Origin: Patescibacteria group bacterium
GTDB lineage: Bacteria; Patescibacteriota; Minisyncoccia; Phycocordibacterales; JBHPGB01
Assembly (NCBI GenBank): GCA_042571085.1
Contig: JBHPGB010000001.1
Coordinates: 3,190 to 67,189 of the forward strand
Length of the DNA: 64,000 nucleotides
Direction of reading: 5' to 3'
Below, one piece after another: positions 9,702 to 19,381 of the stretch; position 1 is the stretch's first letter, and each line of letters starts with the position of its first letter. Below the pieces are notes generated by a model. That model was not told the origin of the DNA. It did no database searches and saw only the letters and a program-made list of their open reading frames with translations. Position numbers and translations under genes: made by a program.

Positions 9702-10475
9702 TTATTCAAGTGAGAATTCGTTCTTTATTACATGGCCACAATGCTTGCAGTGCGAAGCGTCTAGTTCGTGTCTACGTAGCCCACAATCTGGGCATTCATA
9801 TTGAATACGTGGGCGACGAAAAATACTTTGTGCAAGTCTAATAAATAAAGTAACGCCGAAAATCATAATGATAATGGAAAGCATTTTACCTGCGGTTCCA
9901 ACGGCTATAATATCCCCAAAACCGGTCGTGGTGAGTGTTGTGATGGTGAAATAGAGAGCATCAAGGTGGTTACCTATATTTGCATTGATTGAGGATTGAG
10001 AAACAAATACGATTACTGTCATTACAAAAAGGAATACAAAGAAGTTTAAAATTCCAACGATTATATTTCTATTGCGCGCGATTGCACCATTTTCTTTCTC
10101 TAGATAATCAAGTGCGCGGTATGTTCTGAAGATACGCAATGTCCTTATTACTCGAAGGATTGCAAGATTGCCGACAAGTGCAGGCATCAGAAGTGACACT
10201 ATTACAATAAAATCAGTAATCGCTAGCAGGCTAAATGCATAATTAAGCTTTTTAGGTGCAAGCCATAATCTACCGATGTACTCAAAGGTAAATATTATTG
10301 CAAAGATGATTTCAACAGCATGTACCACCGAATGCTCAGGATATACGGCCTCAATTGCGAATAGGGAAAATAGTAAAATATCTATTAAAAACAACGTTTT
10401 ATTGAATATAACACTGGTGTGTTTCTTCCCATAAAAAAGTGTCCGCAATTTCCTTTTAAATTTCCTGATAGTCAT
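9702..10475 (-). CDS. Voltage-gated K+ channel-like protein (S4 sensor + TTGFGD filter) with C-terminal CxxC-CxxC zinc ribbon
   Basis: LRVIRTLRIFRTYR (Arg every third residue), selectivity filter TTTGFGDI, C-terminal CPDCG...CKHCG. Confidence 0.75.
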   Translation of the reverse strand: MTIRKFKRKLRTLFYGKKHTSVIFNKTLFLIDILLFSLFAIEAVYPEHSVVHAVEIIFAIIFTFEYIGRLWLAPKKLNYAFSLLAITDFIVIVSLLMPALVGNLAILRVIRTLRIFRTYRALDYLEKENGAIARNRNIIVGILNFFVFLFVMTVIVFVSQSSINANIGNHLDALYFTITTLTTTGFGDIIAVGTAGKMLSIIIMIFGVTLFIRLAQSIFRRPRIQYECPDCGLRRHELDASHCKHCGHVIKNEFSLE

Positions 10476-10954
10476 TACATATATTGTACTTTGAATCTCA
10501 GATGTTTCAACTGGTAATTTGACTTAGTGTATCATTGCTGTTAATCTGTGCGAGGAGTTTGAGCTGTTCTTGTTAATTTATGAGGAGAAATTATATGGCT
10601 GAAAACGGTGTAATGCCCACAGCAGCATCTTTATTTCCGACGGAATGGAATTCCGACGGGTGTGAACACCAAAGTGTGATTCTCACAGCTTTGAACATAT
10701 CATGTCCGGAAGATGCTGGTGTTGCTTCCGTGCAGATCGATGACCTTGAACCGTTTGTTCCTGTGAAAGGTAAATACTGGAGTCTCGCTTTTGCGCGATT
10801 TGTTGCAGGTTGTTTCGACTCTGCTTTTCGCGGTGTCACGAGCTCTTCATATGCATATAGCATTAATGATGAAATGAAGGAGCTTTGTTGGGCATGCTTT
10901 GGTTTGCCTGAGGATCATGGTGGTTTTTACACAGCATTTCTTAACGGCAGTACA

Positions 10955-11815
10955 ATGCAAATTAGCTACATATCAACAGGAGAAATTGAAGTGAATGAAA
11001 ACATACAGAAAATCATCGAAGAAGCTTTTGAGCAGCGGGCAGAGATTAATCATAAGAATGCCTGTAGTACCCTTCGGCAGGCTGTTGCTATTGCTATAGA
11101 GGGATTGGATGACGGATCTGTTCGTGTTGCTGAGAAAATTGACGGCGACTGGGTCGTCAACGACTGGGTCAAGAAGGCGGTGTTGCTTTCGTTCAGGATT
11201 AACGATAATGAGCCAATATTAGGCGGTTTCACCAACTATTATGACAAAGTGCCGTCCAAGTATGCCGGTGCCAGCGACAGGCGCCTACGCGATGATGGTG
11301 TGCGCATAGTACCCCCAGCTGTCGTTCGCAAGGGCAGCCACATTGCTTCAGGTGTTGTACTCATGCCGAGCTACGTGAACATCGGCGCCTATGTGGACAG
11401 CGGCACTATGGTGGACACCTGGGCCACGGTCGGCTCCTGTGCTCAGATCGGTAAGAATTGCCACATTTCTGGCGGTGCTGGAATCGGTGGTGTATTGGAG
11501 CCATTACAAGCCAACCCAACCATCATCGAAGATAACTGCTTCATTGGAGCTCGTTCCGAGATCGTGGAAGGGGTGATTGTTGAAGAAGGTTCAGTGATTT
11601 CCATGGGCGTCTTCATCGGTCAGAGCACCAAGATCTACAATCGCGAAACCGGTGAGATCAGCTATGGCCGCGTACCTGCTGGTTCTGTGGTGGTTGCTGG
11701 TTCTTTACCATCAGCTGATGGTAGCTATAGCCTCAACTGTGCAATCATCGTCAAACAGGTGGACGAGAAAACACGTGGCAAGGTTAGCATCAACGAACTG
11801 CTGCGCGAGGCCTAG
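10955..11815 (+). CDS. dapD: Tetrahydrodipicolinate N-succinyltransferase (gammaproteobacterial type); annotated from internal Met, ORF open to 10580
   Basis: Very high similarity recalled to E. coli DapD across 270 aa (e.g. [80 protein letters not shown]); local GC clearly above flanks. Confidence 0.85.
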   Translation: MQISYISTGEIEVNENIQKIIEEAFEQRAEINHKNACSTLRQAVAIAIEGLDDGSVRVAEKIDGDWVVNDWVKKAVLLSFRINDNEPILGGFTNYYDKVPSKYAGASDRRLRDDGVRIVPPAVVRKGSHIASGVVLMPSYVNIGAYVDSGTMVDTWATVGSCAQIGKNCHISGGAGIGGVLEPLQANPTIIEDNCFIGARSEIVEGVIVEEGSVISMGVFIGQSTKIYNRETGEISYGRVPAGSVVVAGSLPSADGSYSLNCAIIVKQVDEKTRGKVSINELLREA

Positions 11816-11855
11816 ATCTGTTCTTTCAACTAAAAAATTGACCAAATTTATGGTC

Positions 11856-11882
11856 AAAAACCCCGCAAACGCGGGGTTTTTC
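11856..11882 (+). terminator. Terminator after dapD
   Basis: CCCCGC-aaac-GCGGGG plus TTTTT. Confidence 0.6.
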
Positions 11883-12010
11883 TATGCATATATTCATGAA
11901 AAGTTTAAAACATGTTTTCAGATTGCTTGAAAGTCCAGAAAATTTGACTTTATTCTCCATTCTGCTAATATATGCGGGAAGCTCTCGTAGGGCTTTTTGT
12001 ATTTAAACTT

Positions 12011-12346
12011 ATGACAAGATCACTTAAAAAAGGACCATATCTCGACGAAAAGTTGATGAAAAAGATTTCAGGAAAGAAACCGAGTGAAACCGGCGTAATT
12101 AACACGTGGGCACGCTCAAGTCAGATTTCTCCAGACATGGTTGGATTTACTTTTGGTGTGCACAACGGACGCAAGCATATTGAAGTATTGGTAAGTGAAG
12201 AAATGGTTGGTCACAGACTAGGTGAGTTTTCACCTACAAAAACATTCCACAAGCACGGTGGTAAGATGCAGAAAGAATTAGAACAGAAGAAGAAAGAAGC
12301 AGAAATTACTGCTGCTAAAGCTGCAAAAGCAGCTGCTGATAAATAA
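12011..12346 (+). CDS. rpsS: Ribosomal protein S19 with short K/A-rich C-terminal tail (start moved to internal Met)
   Basis: [15 protein letters not shown]... canonical S19 N-terminus begins at codon 14 of the ORF 11972..12346. Confidence 0.9.
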   Translation: MTRSLKKGPYLDEKLMKKISGKKPSETGVINTWARSSQISPDMVGFTFGVHNGRKHIEVLVSEEMVGHRLGEFSPTKTFHKHGGKMQKELEQKKKEAEITAAKAAKAAADK

Positions 12347-12369
12347 TTTCAATTTTTTAAATAATAATC

Positions 12370-12831
12370 ATGCAGGCCAAATTAAAAAATTATCGACAAT
12401 CACCACGAAAAGTTCGCTTAGTTGCGAATCTTATTCGCGGTAAGAAAGTGGATAGAGCACTTGCAGAACTCACATTTTTAAATAAAAGAGCAGCTCACCA
12501 AATGAAAAAGGTTTTAGAGTCTGCAGCAGCTAACGCAAGAGATAAAGAAGAAGGTGTTGAGAATAAAGACTTAACTGTAAAAGAAATCACAGTAGATAAA
12601 GGCTTTGTATTAAAAAGATGGCGTGCGCGAGCATTTGGTAGAGCAGCTCCAATACACAAGCACACAAGCCATATAAAAATCACTCTTGGTAAGGTAGATA
12701 AGTCAGAAAAAGCGGATAAAAAGGAAGTAAAAAAAGCAGAAACAAAAAAGGCTGAGAAGAAAACAAAAGAACCAAAAGTAGAAGTGAAGAAAGAGGTAAA
12801 AAAAGAAGTTAAAAAAGAAACCAAAAAATAA
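12370..12831 (+). CDS. rplV: Ribosomal protein L22 with Lys-rich C-terminal extension
   Basis: L22 core; C-terminal KKEVKK repeats. Confidence 0.9.
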   Translation: MQAKLKNYRQSPRKVRLVANLIRGKKVDRALAELTFLNKRAAHQMKKVLESAAANARDKEEGVENKDLTVKEITVDKGFVLKRWRARAFGRAAPIHKHTSHIKITLGKVDKSEKADKKEVKKAETKKAEKKTKEPKVEVKKEVKKEVKKETKK

Positions 12832-12848
12832 AATAATATATTAAAAAC

Positions 12849-13514
12849 ATGACACACGTAGTACACCCATATTCACATAGACTAGGAATAATTAGAGATT
12901 GGAAATCTCGTTGGTTTGGTGTGCATGGTAAATATCAAACATTCCTACGCGGAGATGTTGTGATTCGTCAATATCTACAAAAACGTTTGAAAGGATTTTA
13001 TGTTTCTGGTGTAGAAATTGAGCGTGATGACAAGACTCTACGTATCATCGTTAGGTCTTCACGTCCCGGTATGATTATCGGACGATCTGGTGAGGGTATG
13101 ACCAAATTGCGCAACGATGTTGTAAAGCAATTGAAAAGAAACAAGATCGAAATGCCACAGGAGCTTAAGATTGATATAGAAGAAGTATCTAATCCAGAAG
13201 CAGATGCAGCTATCGTTGGACAAATGATTGCTGAAGGTTTGGAAAAGAGAATGCCGTTTCGTCGTGTATTGAAGCAAACACTTGAAAAAGTAATAGCAAA
13301 TCGTGAAGTTAAAGGTGCACGATTTGTGTTGTCAGGACGACTAGGTGGAGCTGAAATGGCGAGAAAGGAAGAAGTGAAAAAAGGAGGTATTCCATTACAG
13401 ACATTCCGAGCAGACATTGATTTCGCTAGAGAGCGAGCAAATTTGCCATACGGAGTGGTTGGTATTAAAGTTTGGATATATAAGGGAGAAGTATTTGATA
13501 AAGATAAAAAATAA
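12849..13514 (+). CDS. rpsC: Ribosomal protein S3
   Basis: 221 aa, KH domain, GRLGGAEMAR motif. Confidence 0.95.
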   Translation: MTHVVHPYSHRLGIIRDWKSRWFGVHGKYQTFLRGDVVIRQYLQKRLKGFYVSGVEIERDDKTLRIIVRSSRPGMIIGRSGEGMTKLRNDVVKQLKRNKIEMPQELKIDIEEVSNPEADAAIVGQMIAEGLEKRMPFRRVLKQTLEKVIANREVKGARFVLSGRLGGAEMARKEEVKKGGIPLQTFRADIDFARERANLPYGVVGIKVWIYKGEVFDKDKK

Positions 13515-13516
13515 AC

Positions 13517-13939
13517 ATGTTATTTCCTAAGAAAGTAAAATTCAGAAAATGGCAGACAGGGAGAAAGAATCCCAAGAAGCTTCTAACACCTGACACAAGA
13601 GGTACAACTATGGCCTTTGGTTCTTTTGGATTGAAATCACAGTCACAGGCTCGTATTACTTCAAACCAAATTGAGGCTGCACGTCGTGCACTTTCTCGTA
13701 AAGCTGGAAAAACAGGTAAGATTTGGATCCGTGTATTCCCTGACAGACCTATAACAGGTAAAGGTTCAGAGATGCCCATGGGTAAAGGAAAGGGTGATTT
13801 GAAGCATTATGTGATGGAAATTCGTCCAGGGAGAATTGTATTTGAAGTGGATGGTATTGAAGAAGACGTTGCAAGAGAGGCCCTTAGAAAGGCGGGCACA
13901 AAATTGCCAGTAAAGACAAAAATCATCTCAAGAAATTAA
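13517..13939 (+). CDS. rplP: Ribosomal protein L16
   Basis: 140 aa; KKVKFRKWQTGR N-terminus. Confidence 0.95.
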   Translation: MLFPKKVKFRKWQTGRKNPKKLLTPDTRGTTMAFGSFGLKSQSQARITSNQIEAARRALSRKAGKTGKIWIRVFPDRPITGKGSEMPMGKGKGDLKHYVMEIRPGRIVFEVDGIEEDVAREALRKAGTKLPVKTKIISRN

Positions 13940-13989
13940 TTGGCGCATTTCTAATTGTGTGCTAGTATGCTTGAGTGTAAACAACAATC

Positions 13990-14175
13990 ATGAAGGATAT
14001 AAAAAGCAAAACAGAAAAAGATTTAGAGAAAGAGCTTTCAAAACAGCGTGAAGGTTTGAGAGAATTTCGTTTTGGAGTTTCTGGATCTAAGGTAAAAAAT
14101 ACCAAGGAAGGCAAAAATACCAGAAAAGAAATAGCTCGCATAATGACAGAGCTAAACGCTCGTAAAAACGCATAA
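13990..14175 (+). CDS. rpmC: Ribosomal protein L29
   Basis: 61 aa, coiled-coil L29 pattern. Confidence 0.85.
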   Translation: MKDIKSKTEKDLEKELSKQREGLREFRFGVSGSKVKNTKEGKNTRKEIARIMTELNARKNA

Positions 14176-14183
14176 TATTTCAT

Positions 14184-14432
14184 ATGGAAAAAAATAATGA
14201 AAAAAAGAATAAAAGAACAGTTACAGGCGTAGTTGTTTCAGATAAAATGGATAAGACCATAAGTGTTTTGGTTGACCGATTTGTAAAGCATACAAAGTAT
14301 GGAAAATTCATGAAGAGAAGCAAGAAATACAAAGCGCATGACGAGGCTAATGTACACAAGATTGGCGATAAGGTAACGATAGAAGAATGTAAGCCAATCT
14401 CAAAAGACAAGTCTTTCAAAGTAGTAGAATAG
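14184..14432 (+). CDS. rpsQ: Ribosomal protein S17
   Basis: 82 aa; [22 protein letters not shown]. Confidence 0.93.
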   Translation: MEKNNEKKNKRTVTGVVVSDKMDKTISVLVDRFVKHTKYGKFMKRSKKYKAHDEANVHKIGDKVTIEECKPISKDKSFKVVE

Positions 14433-14517
14433 ACCTCCAGCATTACCGTTTCACTATTAGACATTTAGACCACTGGTCTAGCGGTCTAATAGTGAAGTGG
14501 TTTAGGAATTTAAAAAT

Positions 14518-14889
14518 ATGATACAACCAGAAACAAAAGTTAAAATCACTGATAACTCCGGAGCAAAAATCGGAAAGGTATTTAAAATACTCGGAGGATC
14601 AAAGAAGCGATATGCACGCATTGGTGACGTGGTTGTATTGTCTGTAAAAGTTGCTGAACCGCGCAAGGCTACAAAGAAAAAGGATGTTGTTCAGGCTGTA
14701 GTCGTTAGACAAGTTCAACCATTCCGAAGAAAGGATGGGTCATACATTAAGTTTGATGAAAACTCAGTTGTGATTTTGGAGAAAGGTAAGAAAGATCCAA
14801 AAGCAGGACGTATCTTCGGACCAATTCCAAGAGAGTTGAGTGAATTAGGATACCAAAAGATTATTTCTTTGGCCCCTGAGGTGATTTAA
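14518..14889 (+). CDS. rplN: Ribosomal protein L14
   Basis: 123 aa; [17 protein letters not shown]. Confidence 0.95.
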   Translation: MIQPETKVKITDNSGAKIGKVFKILGGSKKRYARIGDVVVLSVKVAEPRKATKKKDVVQAVVVRQVQPFRRKDGSYIKFDENSVVILEKGKKDPKAGRIFGPIPRELSELGYQKIISLAPEVI

Positions 14890-14905
14890 TTTAGATATTT
14901 AAACC

Positions 14906-15211
14906 ATGAAAATAAAAAAAGGAGACAACGTAATAATAATTGCCGGAAAGGACAAAGGTAAAGACGGAAAGGTGATAAAATCAATCCCCGCTAAAGATCA
15001 GGTGGTTATTGAGGGCGCAAATATCAAAAAGAAACACCAGAAAGCTCGAAAAGGTGGTCAGAAAGGACAAGTTATAGAATTTTCTGCACCAATACATGTT
15101 TCAAATGTAATGATTAAGGATCCGAAGACAGGAAAGCCTACTAGAGTAGGGATGAAAATAGATGGAAAGAAGAAAGTAAGAGTTACGAAAGCTAGTGGAG
15201 TAGAGGTGTAA
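14906..15211 (+). CDS. rplX: Ribosomal protein L24
   Basis: 101 aa; KIKKGDNVIIIAGKDKGK KOW motif. Confidence 0.93.
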   Translation: MKIKKGDNVIIIAGKDKGKDGKVIKSIPAKDQVVIEGANIKKKHQKARKGGQKGQVIEFSAPIHVSNVMIKDPKTGKPTRVGMKIDGKKKVRVTKASGVEV

Positions 15212-15250
15212 TTAGGCACTATTAAGCTCTGATAGATTAGATATAAAATC

Positions 15251-15796
15251 ATGGAATCAACAAAACAAAAACAAAATAAAATGTTTGATACTTTAAAAGG
15301 AATTTTTGAGTACAAAAATGTTATGCAGACACCTCGCGTTACTAAGGTGATTGTTAGTACAGGAGTTGGGTCAACACAAGATAAAGACAAAATTAAACTC
15401 ATTCCTGAGCGATTGGCTAAAATTACAGGGCAAAAACCAACAGCGCGTGCGGCAAAAAAATCAATCGCAACATTCAAATTGCGAGAAGGTGATATTGTTG
15501 GATACGCTGTAACACTACGCGGACAAAGAATGCATTCATTTTTAGACAAGTTGTTTAATGTTGTATTGCCACGAACCCGTGACTTCAAAGGACTCAATCG
15601 TTCAGCAATTGATGAAATGGGCAACCTTACAATCGGTATTAAAGAACACACAATTTTCTCAGAAACATCTGATGAAGAATTGAAAAATGTATTTGGTCTT
15701 TCAATAACACTTACAACAACAGCAAAAACAAAAGAAGAAGCGGAAAAATTGTTTGAAGAAATCGGAGTTCCGTTTAAGAAAAAGGAAGAAAAATAA
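15251..15796 (+). CDS. rplE: Ribosomal protein L5
   Basis: 181 aa; canonical L5. Confidence 0.95.
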   Translation: MESTKQKQNKMFDTLKGIFEYKNVMQTPRVTKVIVSTGVGSTQDKDKIKLIPERLAKITGQKPTARAAKKSIATFKLREGDIVGYAVTLRGQRMHSFLDKLFNVVLPRTRDFKGLNRSAIDEMGNLTIGIKEHTIFSETSDEELKNVFGLSITLTTTAKTKEEAEKLFEEIGVPFKKKEEK

Positions 15797-15849
15797 AACA
15801 ACAAGTATAAAAACAAACAAAAAACTAGCCATCACGGCTGGTTTTTTGT

Positions 15850-16446
15850 TTGTTTGACTTTCGTGTTTGTATTGATAATATGTGTATAGGTTCGGTTTTT
15901 TGTTGGAGAATGTATATGAATATTCCCATTGATCAAGATCCTAGTATTCCAGAAATGGATGTTTTGGAATGTTTATCTAATGAAGAACTCGCAAGACTTT
16001 TACTAAGACAGCTTTGGCAATGCTATGACAGTGGTGGAATATCTATAGGAAGATCTCCAGAAAGCCAGTTGCTTGAAGCTGTTATGAATATCATCCCATT
16101 ACCAGATCTTGTAGATATGGATAGATTTTATTCAGATGATATTATGATAGAAGCAAGGATTCGTTTTGTCGTGATAGGGCGTGAGTCGTGTGAAATGAAG
16201 CAGTGCGCTTTGTTTCAACAAGATCCTACGTTGTCTGATAACTGTCTTGTGTATTTGCTTCTGAAAAAACTAACCAACCTTTATGAAAAGGAAGAATTTC
16301 CAAGATTGGCTGAAGTTGGACTCATAACAAATGCAATGAAACTTATTTCTATTGATCTGATTGAGAATTTGGAGTCTTTGCCCGATTTTTCTGAAAAAGT
16401 TTTGTTGCAAGAAGCAGCTGATAGAGATTGGGCTAAAAATCATTAA
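15850..16446 (+). CDS. Hypothetical protein (inserted between rplE and rpsZ)
   Basis: 198 aa, Cys-rich N-terminus, no recognised motif; stop overlaps start of next gene (TAAATG). Confidence 0.55.
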   Translation: MFDFRVCIDNMCIGSVFCWRMYMNIPIDQDPSIPEMDVLECLSNEELARLLLRQLWQCYDSGGISIGRSPESQLLEAVMNIIPLPDLVDMDRFYSDDIMIEARIRFVVIGRESCEMKQCALFQQDPTLSDNCLVYLLLKKLTNLYEKEEFPRLAEVGLITNAMKLISIDLIENLESLPDFSEKVLLQEAADRDWAKNH

Positions 16447-17439
16447 ATGAGTGTTGTTATTTTATTTTGCAGCACTCTTTTTTGTTTAATTGACTTATGT
16501 GCTTGGACGAGTATTATGATACCAGGTTTGATTTTTGAGGATTTAACAATGAGTAATCGAAAGGTAAAACTGCTGACCTATGGAACAATTCCGTGCTGGT
16601 ACGAATTAAGTTGGGACAAAAATAACCTAGCAATAATTTTTAAGTTGCACAAAAACGCAATTTTGAATAATGGGATTGGTTTCGCCAAGAACTTTCCATC
16701 CGATGCTCCGATTGTAGAGCATTTGCATAAAAGTTTGGGTCTAAATGAGTTTTGCGGCAACTTAGATACAGATTTTGGTTTCGGTGGTGTGCTTAAACAC
16801 AAAGGAGAAGAGGGTGAATTCGTTGTCTTTTCTGTTGCGCTGCCAAATATACGAAAAACCACAAATAACAAATGCCCTATCTGTAATGATAATGGTGATG
16901 AAGGGTGTCTTTTTTGCGGTGGTAGTGGTGTGGAATGGAGATTTGATCATGATCTTCTATTTAATATTTCCGCATCTTTTGTAGTTATGTTTACGGCGTT
17001 TGGTGAGTATTCTGACTACGACACTGAATGTGAATTTCCACAATTGATGACGGTTGATCTAACGATTGAGAAAAGATCTGTGTATGGAGCTTGTATTGGT
17101 GGAAAATTTGGAATTGATTTGGTGAAGTGGATGAGTACTTTTAATCCAAATACCAAAATTACAGAAATGATAGAGGCGATGAAGTGCGCGTATGGACAGA
17201 TGTCCGGTATTGTTCCTGATAAATACGAAAGGTTTCTTGCAAGCATTGACTATGAAAACGGATGGCTTAATGTTAGTTGTCCTGGAAATGCATGCGGACT
17301 GAATCCTTCTAATGGAAACGTTTGTGCCGGTGAAGGATATGGGTTTTCTCCACATAATACAGACACACCCTTACAGCAGCTTACTCTTCTTGCTGGTCTT
17401 GCGGCATTGCATGACAAAGCCCGAAAAGAAATGCCCTAA
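16447..17439 (+). CDS. Hypothetical protein with DnaJ-type CxxC-x7-CxxCGGSG zinc-finger-like motif
   Basis: 330 aa; CPICNDNGDEGCLFCGGSG; translationally coupled to upstream ORF. Confidence 0.55.
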   Translation: MSVVILFCSTLFCLIDLCAWTSIMIPGLIFEDLTMSNRKVKLLTYGTIPCWYELSWDKNNLAIIFKLHKNAILNNGIGFAKNFPSDAPIVEHLHKSLGLNEFCGNLDTDFGFGGVLKHKGEEGEFVVFSVALPNIRKTTNNKCPICNDNGDEGCLFCGGSGVEWRFDHDLLFNISASFVVMFTAFGEYSDYDTECEFPQLMTVDLTIEKRSVYGACIGGKFGIDLVKWMSTFNPNTKITEMIEAMKCAYGQMSGIVPDKYERFLASIDYENGWLNVSCPGNACGLNPSNGNVCAGEGYGFSPHNTDTPLQQLTLLAGLAALHDKARKEMP

Positions 17440-17467
17440 GTTGTTTTAAGGTTTAATTGAAGCAAGG

Positions 17468-17493
17468 GCGGTCGGATTTCCGGCCGCTTTTTT
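17468..17493 (+). terminator. Terminator after the 2-gene insert
   Basis: GCGGTCGGAtttCCGGCCGC plus T6. Confidence 0.6.
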
Positions 17494-17501
17494 CTTTGAA
17501 A

Positions 17502-17530
17502 ATACGGCTCATTTGGGCTGAGCCGTATTT
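17502..17530. repeat. CGGCTCA-family perfect hairpin (ATACGGCTCA-tttggg-cTGAGCCGTAT); second related hairpin at 17557-17581
   Basis: Perfect 11-bp stem; shares CGGCTCA/TGAGCCG arms with repeats at 6661, 34471, 36393. Confidence 0.6.
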
Positions 17531-17758
17531 TACATTCAAAAACAAGGGTTTTTGGGCAACGGCTCAGCAGGCTGAGCTGTTTAAAATATCATAGTTGCAT
17601 TTTGAGACGCTTTTTGATAGTATAGCTCTACACTTGAATTTCATCAGATCCGCCATTCTCCTCTCGTATTCCTTGTTTCGGCTCGGAATACGGAAGAATA
17701 ATGGTGTGATATCTAATGAAAATTTGAAAATAAACGTTTTTTAGCGTTTTTATTATAT

Positions 17759-17944
17759 ATGGCAAAAAAATCAGTAATCGCAAGATCACAAAAGACACCA
17801 AAATTTAGTACGCGAGGAGTAAATCGTTGTTTTAAATGTGGACGAAAGCATGGATATATGCGAGATTTTGATTTGTGCCGTATTTGCTTCAGGGAATTGG
17901 CAAACGATGGAATGATTCCAGGAATTAAAAAATCTAGTTGGTAA
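17759..17944 (+). CDS. rpsZ: Ribosomal protein S14, Zn-ribbon type (S14 type Z)
   Basis: 61 aa with CFKCGRK...CRIC. Confidence 0.93.
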   Translation: MAKKSVIARSQKTPKFSTRGVNRCFKCGRKHGYMRDFDLCRICFRELANDGMIPGIKKSSW

Positions 17945-17952
17945 AATTTATT

Positions 17953-18339
17953 ATGGATCCAGTATCAAACATGTTAATACAAATAAAGAATGCAGGAATG
18001 GCTGGGCTACAGTCAGTGCTTGTTCCGCATTCAAATCTTAAGTTTGAAATTGCTAACCTTCTGCAAAAAGAAGGGTATGTTGGGTCTGTAGAAAAGAAAG
18101 GAAAGAAGGTTAAGAAGCATATAGAAATCGTTATTTCATACAAAGATAAAGCGCCACGTATCAATGATTTGAAGCGTCTGTCTAAGCCGTCACGTCGTAT
18201 ATATGTTGGGGTGAAAGATATAAAGCCAGTACGTAACGGATATGGAATTTCAGTACTTTCAACACCAAAGGGAATTATGACAGACAAAGCAGCAAGGAAA
18301 GAGCACGTTGGTGGTGAATTGTTATTTAAGATTTGGTAA
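17953..18339 (+). CDS. rpsH: Ribosomal protein S8 (start at internal Met)
   Basis: MDPVSNMLIQIKNA canonical S8 start at codon 6 of ORF 17938..18339. Confidence 0.92.
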   Translation: MDPVSNMLIQIKNAGMAGLQSVLVPHSNLKFEIANLLQKEGYVGSVEKKGKKVKKHIEIVISYKDKAPRINDLKRLSKPSRRIYVGVKDIKPVRNGYGISVLSTPKGIMTDKAARKEHVGGELLFKIW

Positions 18340-18348
18340 TAAAATATT

Positions 18349-18882
18349 ATGAGTCGTATAGGAAAACAAACAATAGTAATACCAGAAAAGACAGAAGTCG
18401 TTCAAAACGATGGTGTTATTACTGTGAAAGGACCGCTTGGTGAACTTAAAAAAGAGCTTAGAGATAATATTGAGATTAAGATTGAAGGGAATGAAGTTAC
18501 GCTTGCTCCAAAAGATGAGTCAAAATCTACAACAGCATTATGGGGAACATACGCATCACATATTAAAAACATGGTTGACGGTGTTAACAAACTGTATGAG
18601 AAAAAGCTTATCGTTGAAGGTGTTGGATTCAAGGTTGATTTGAAAGGTAATGAAATTGAAATGGCGCTTGGATTTTCACATCCTGTGAAAGTAGCTATTC
18701 CAGAAGGAATAACAGTAGCCGTTGAAAAAAACACAATCAGCATTTCAAGTATTGATAAGGAGGCGTTAGGACAATTTGCCGCAAAAGTAAGAGCTTTGAA
18801 GAAACCAGAGCCTTACAAAGGAAAAGGAATTAGATACGAAGATGAGGTTGTCAGACGTAAGCAAGGTAAGAAAGCAGTCTAA
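18349..18882 (+). CDS. rplF: Ribosomal protein L6
   Basis: 177 aa; two L6 alpha/beta repeats. Confidence 0.95.
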   Translation: MSRIGKQTIVIPEKTEVVQNDGVITVKGPLGELKKELRDNIEIKIEGNEVTLAPKDESKSTTALWGTYASHIKNMVDGVNKLYEKKLIVEGVGFKVDLKGNEIEMALGFSHPVKVAIPEGITVAVEKNTISISSIDKEALGQFAAKVRALKKPEPYKGKGIRYEDEVVRRKQGKKAV

Positions 18883-18883
18883 A

Positions 18884-18996
18884 ACTTCCAAAATTGACGA
18901 ATTTCTTTGTCAGCTTCGGAAAAAATATTTTCACAGTACTACATGTACAGCTTCAAATATTTTTTCCTAGCCTCCTCGAAATTCATTCAATTTATG
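18884..18996 (+). repeat. Copy 3 of conserved r-protein-operon intergenic element
   Basis: ACTTCCAAAATTGACGaatTTCTTTGTcaGCTTCGGAAAAAATAtTTTCACAGTACtacatGTACAGCTtc...AGCCTCCTCGaaattCATTCAATTTaTG; closing stem GAATTTC/GAAATTC. Confidence 0.7.
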
Positions 18997-19018
18997 AAAG
19001 TTTAAGTTAAAATCGATT

Positions 19019-19363
19019 ATGTTAAACATAAAAACACAAAAGAAAATACGACGCCACGCGCGAATTAGAGCAAAAGTTGCCGGTACTGCCAGCAGACCTC
19101 GTTTGAGTGTGTTTAAATCAAACATGCAAATCTCTGCACAGCTAATCGATGATGAAAATGGTGTTACTTTAGGTGCTGTGAATGACAAGAGCGCAAAAGG
19201 GAAAACTAAAACAGAGCGAGCTCATGAAGCAGGAGCACAAATTGCAAAGATTGCTAAAGATAAAAAAATTGATACAGTTGTGTTTGATAGAGGTGGATAT
19301 ATTTTTACAGGACGTGTTAAAGCTTTTGCAGAAGGTGCGAGAGAAGGAGGGCTTAAGTTCTAA
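19019..19363 (+). CDS. rplR: Ribosomal protein L18
   Basis: 114 aa; RLSVFKSN... Confidence 0.93.
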   Translation: MLNIKTQKKIRRHARIRAKVAGTASRPRLSVFKSNMQISAQLIDDENGVTLGAVNDKSAKGKTKTERAHEAGAQIAKIAKDKKIDTVVFDRGGYIFTGRVKAFAEGAREGGLKF

Positions 19364-19381
19364 TTTCTAACAAAAACTAAA

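Noticed and set aside
10580-10954. N-terminal 126-aa extension of DapD as a genuine extra domain
   Set aside because: The segment has no recognisable motif. The canonical DapD N-terminus ([18 protein letters not shown], cf. E. coli MQQLQNIIETAFERRAE) starts at the internal Met. An open frame in GC-rich foreign DNA is plausible by chance.
12495-12866. 123-aa antisense ORF within rplV (and other long antisense ORFs listed in the six-frame track inside r-protein genes, fusA, pilB, etc.)
   Set aside because: These are low-complexity products arising from the Lys-rich and AT-rich sense genes; no start context; standard overlapping-frame artefacts.
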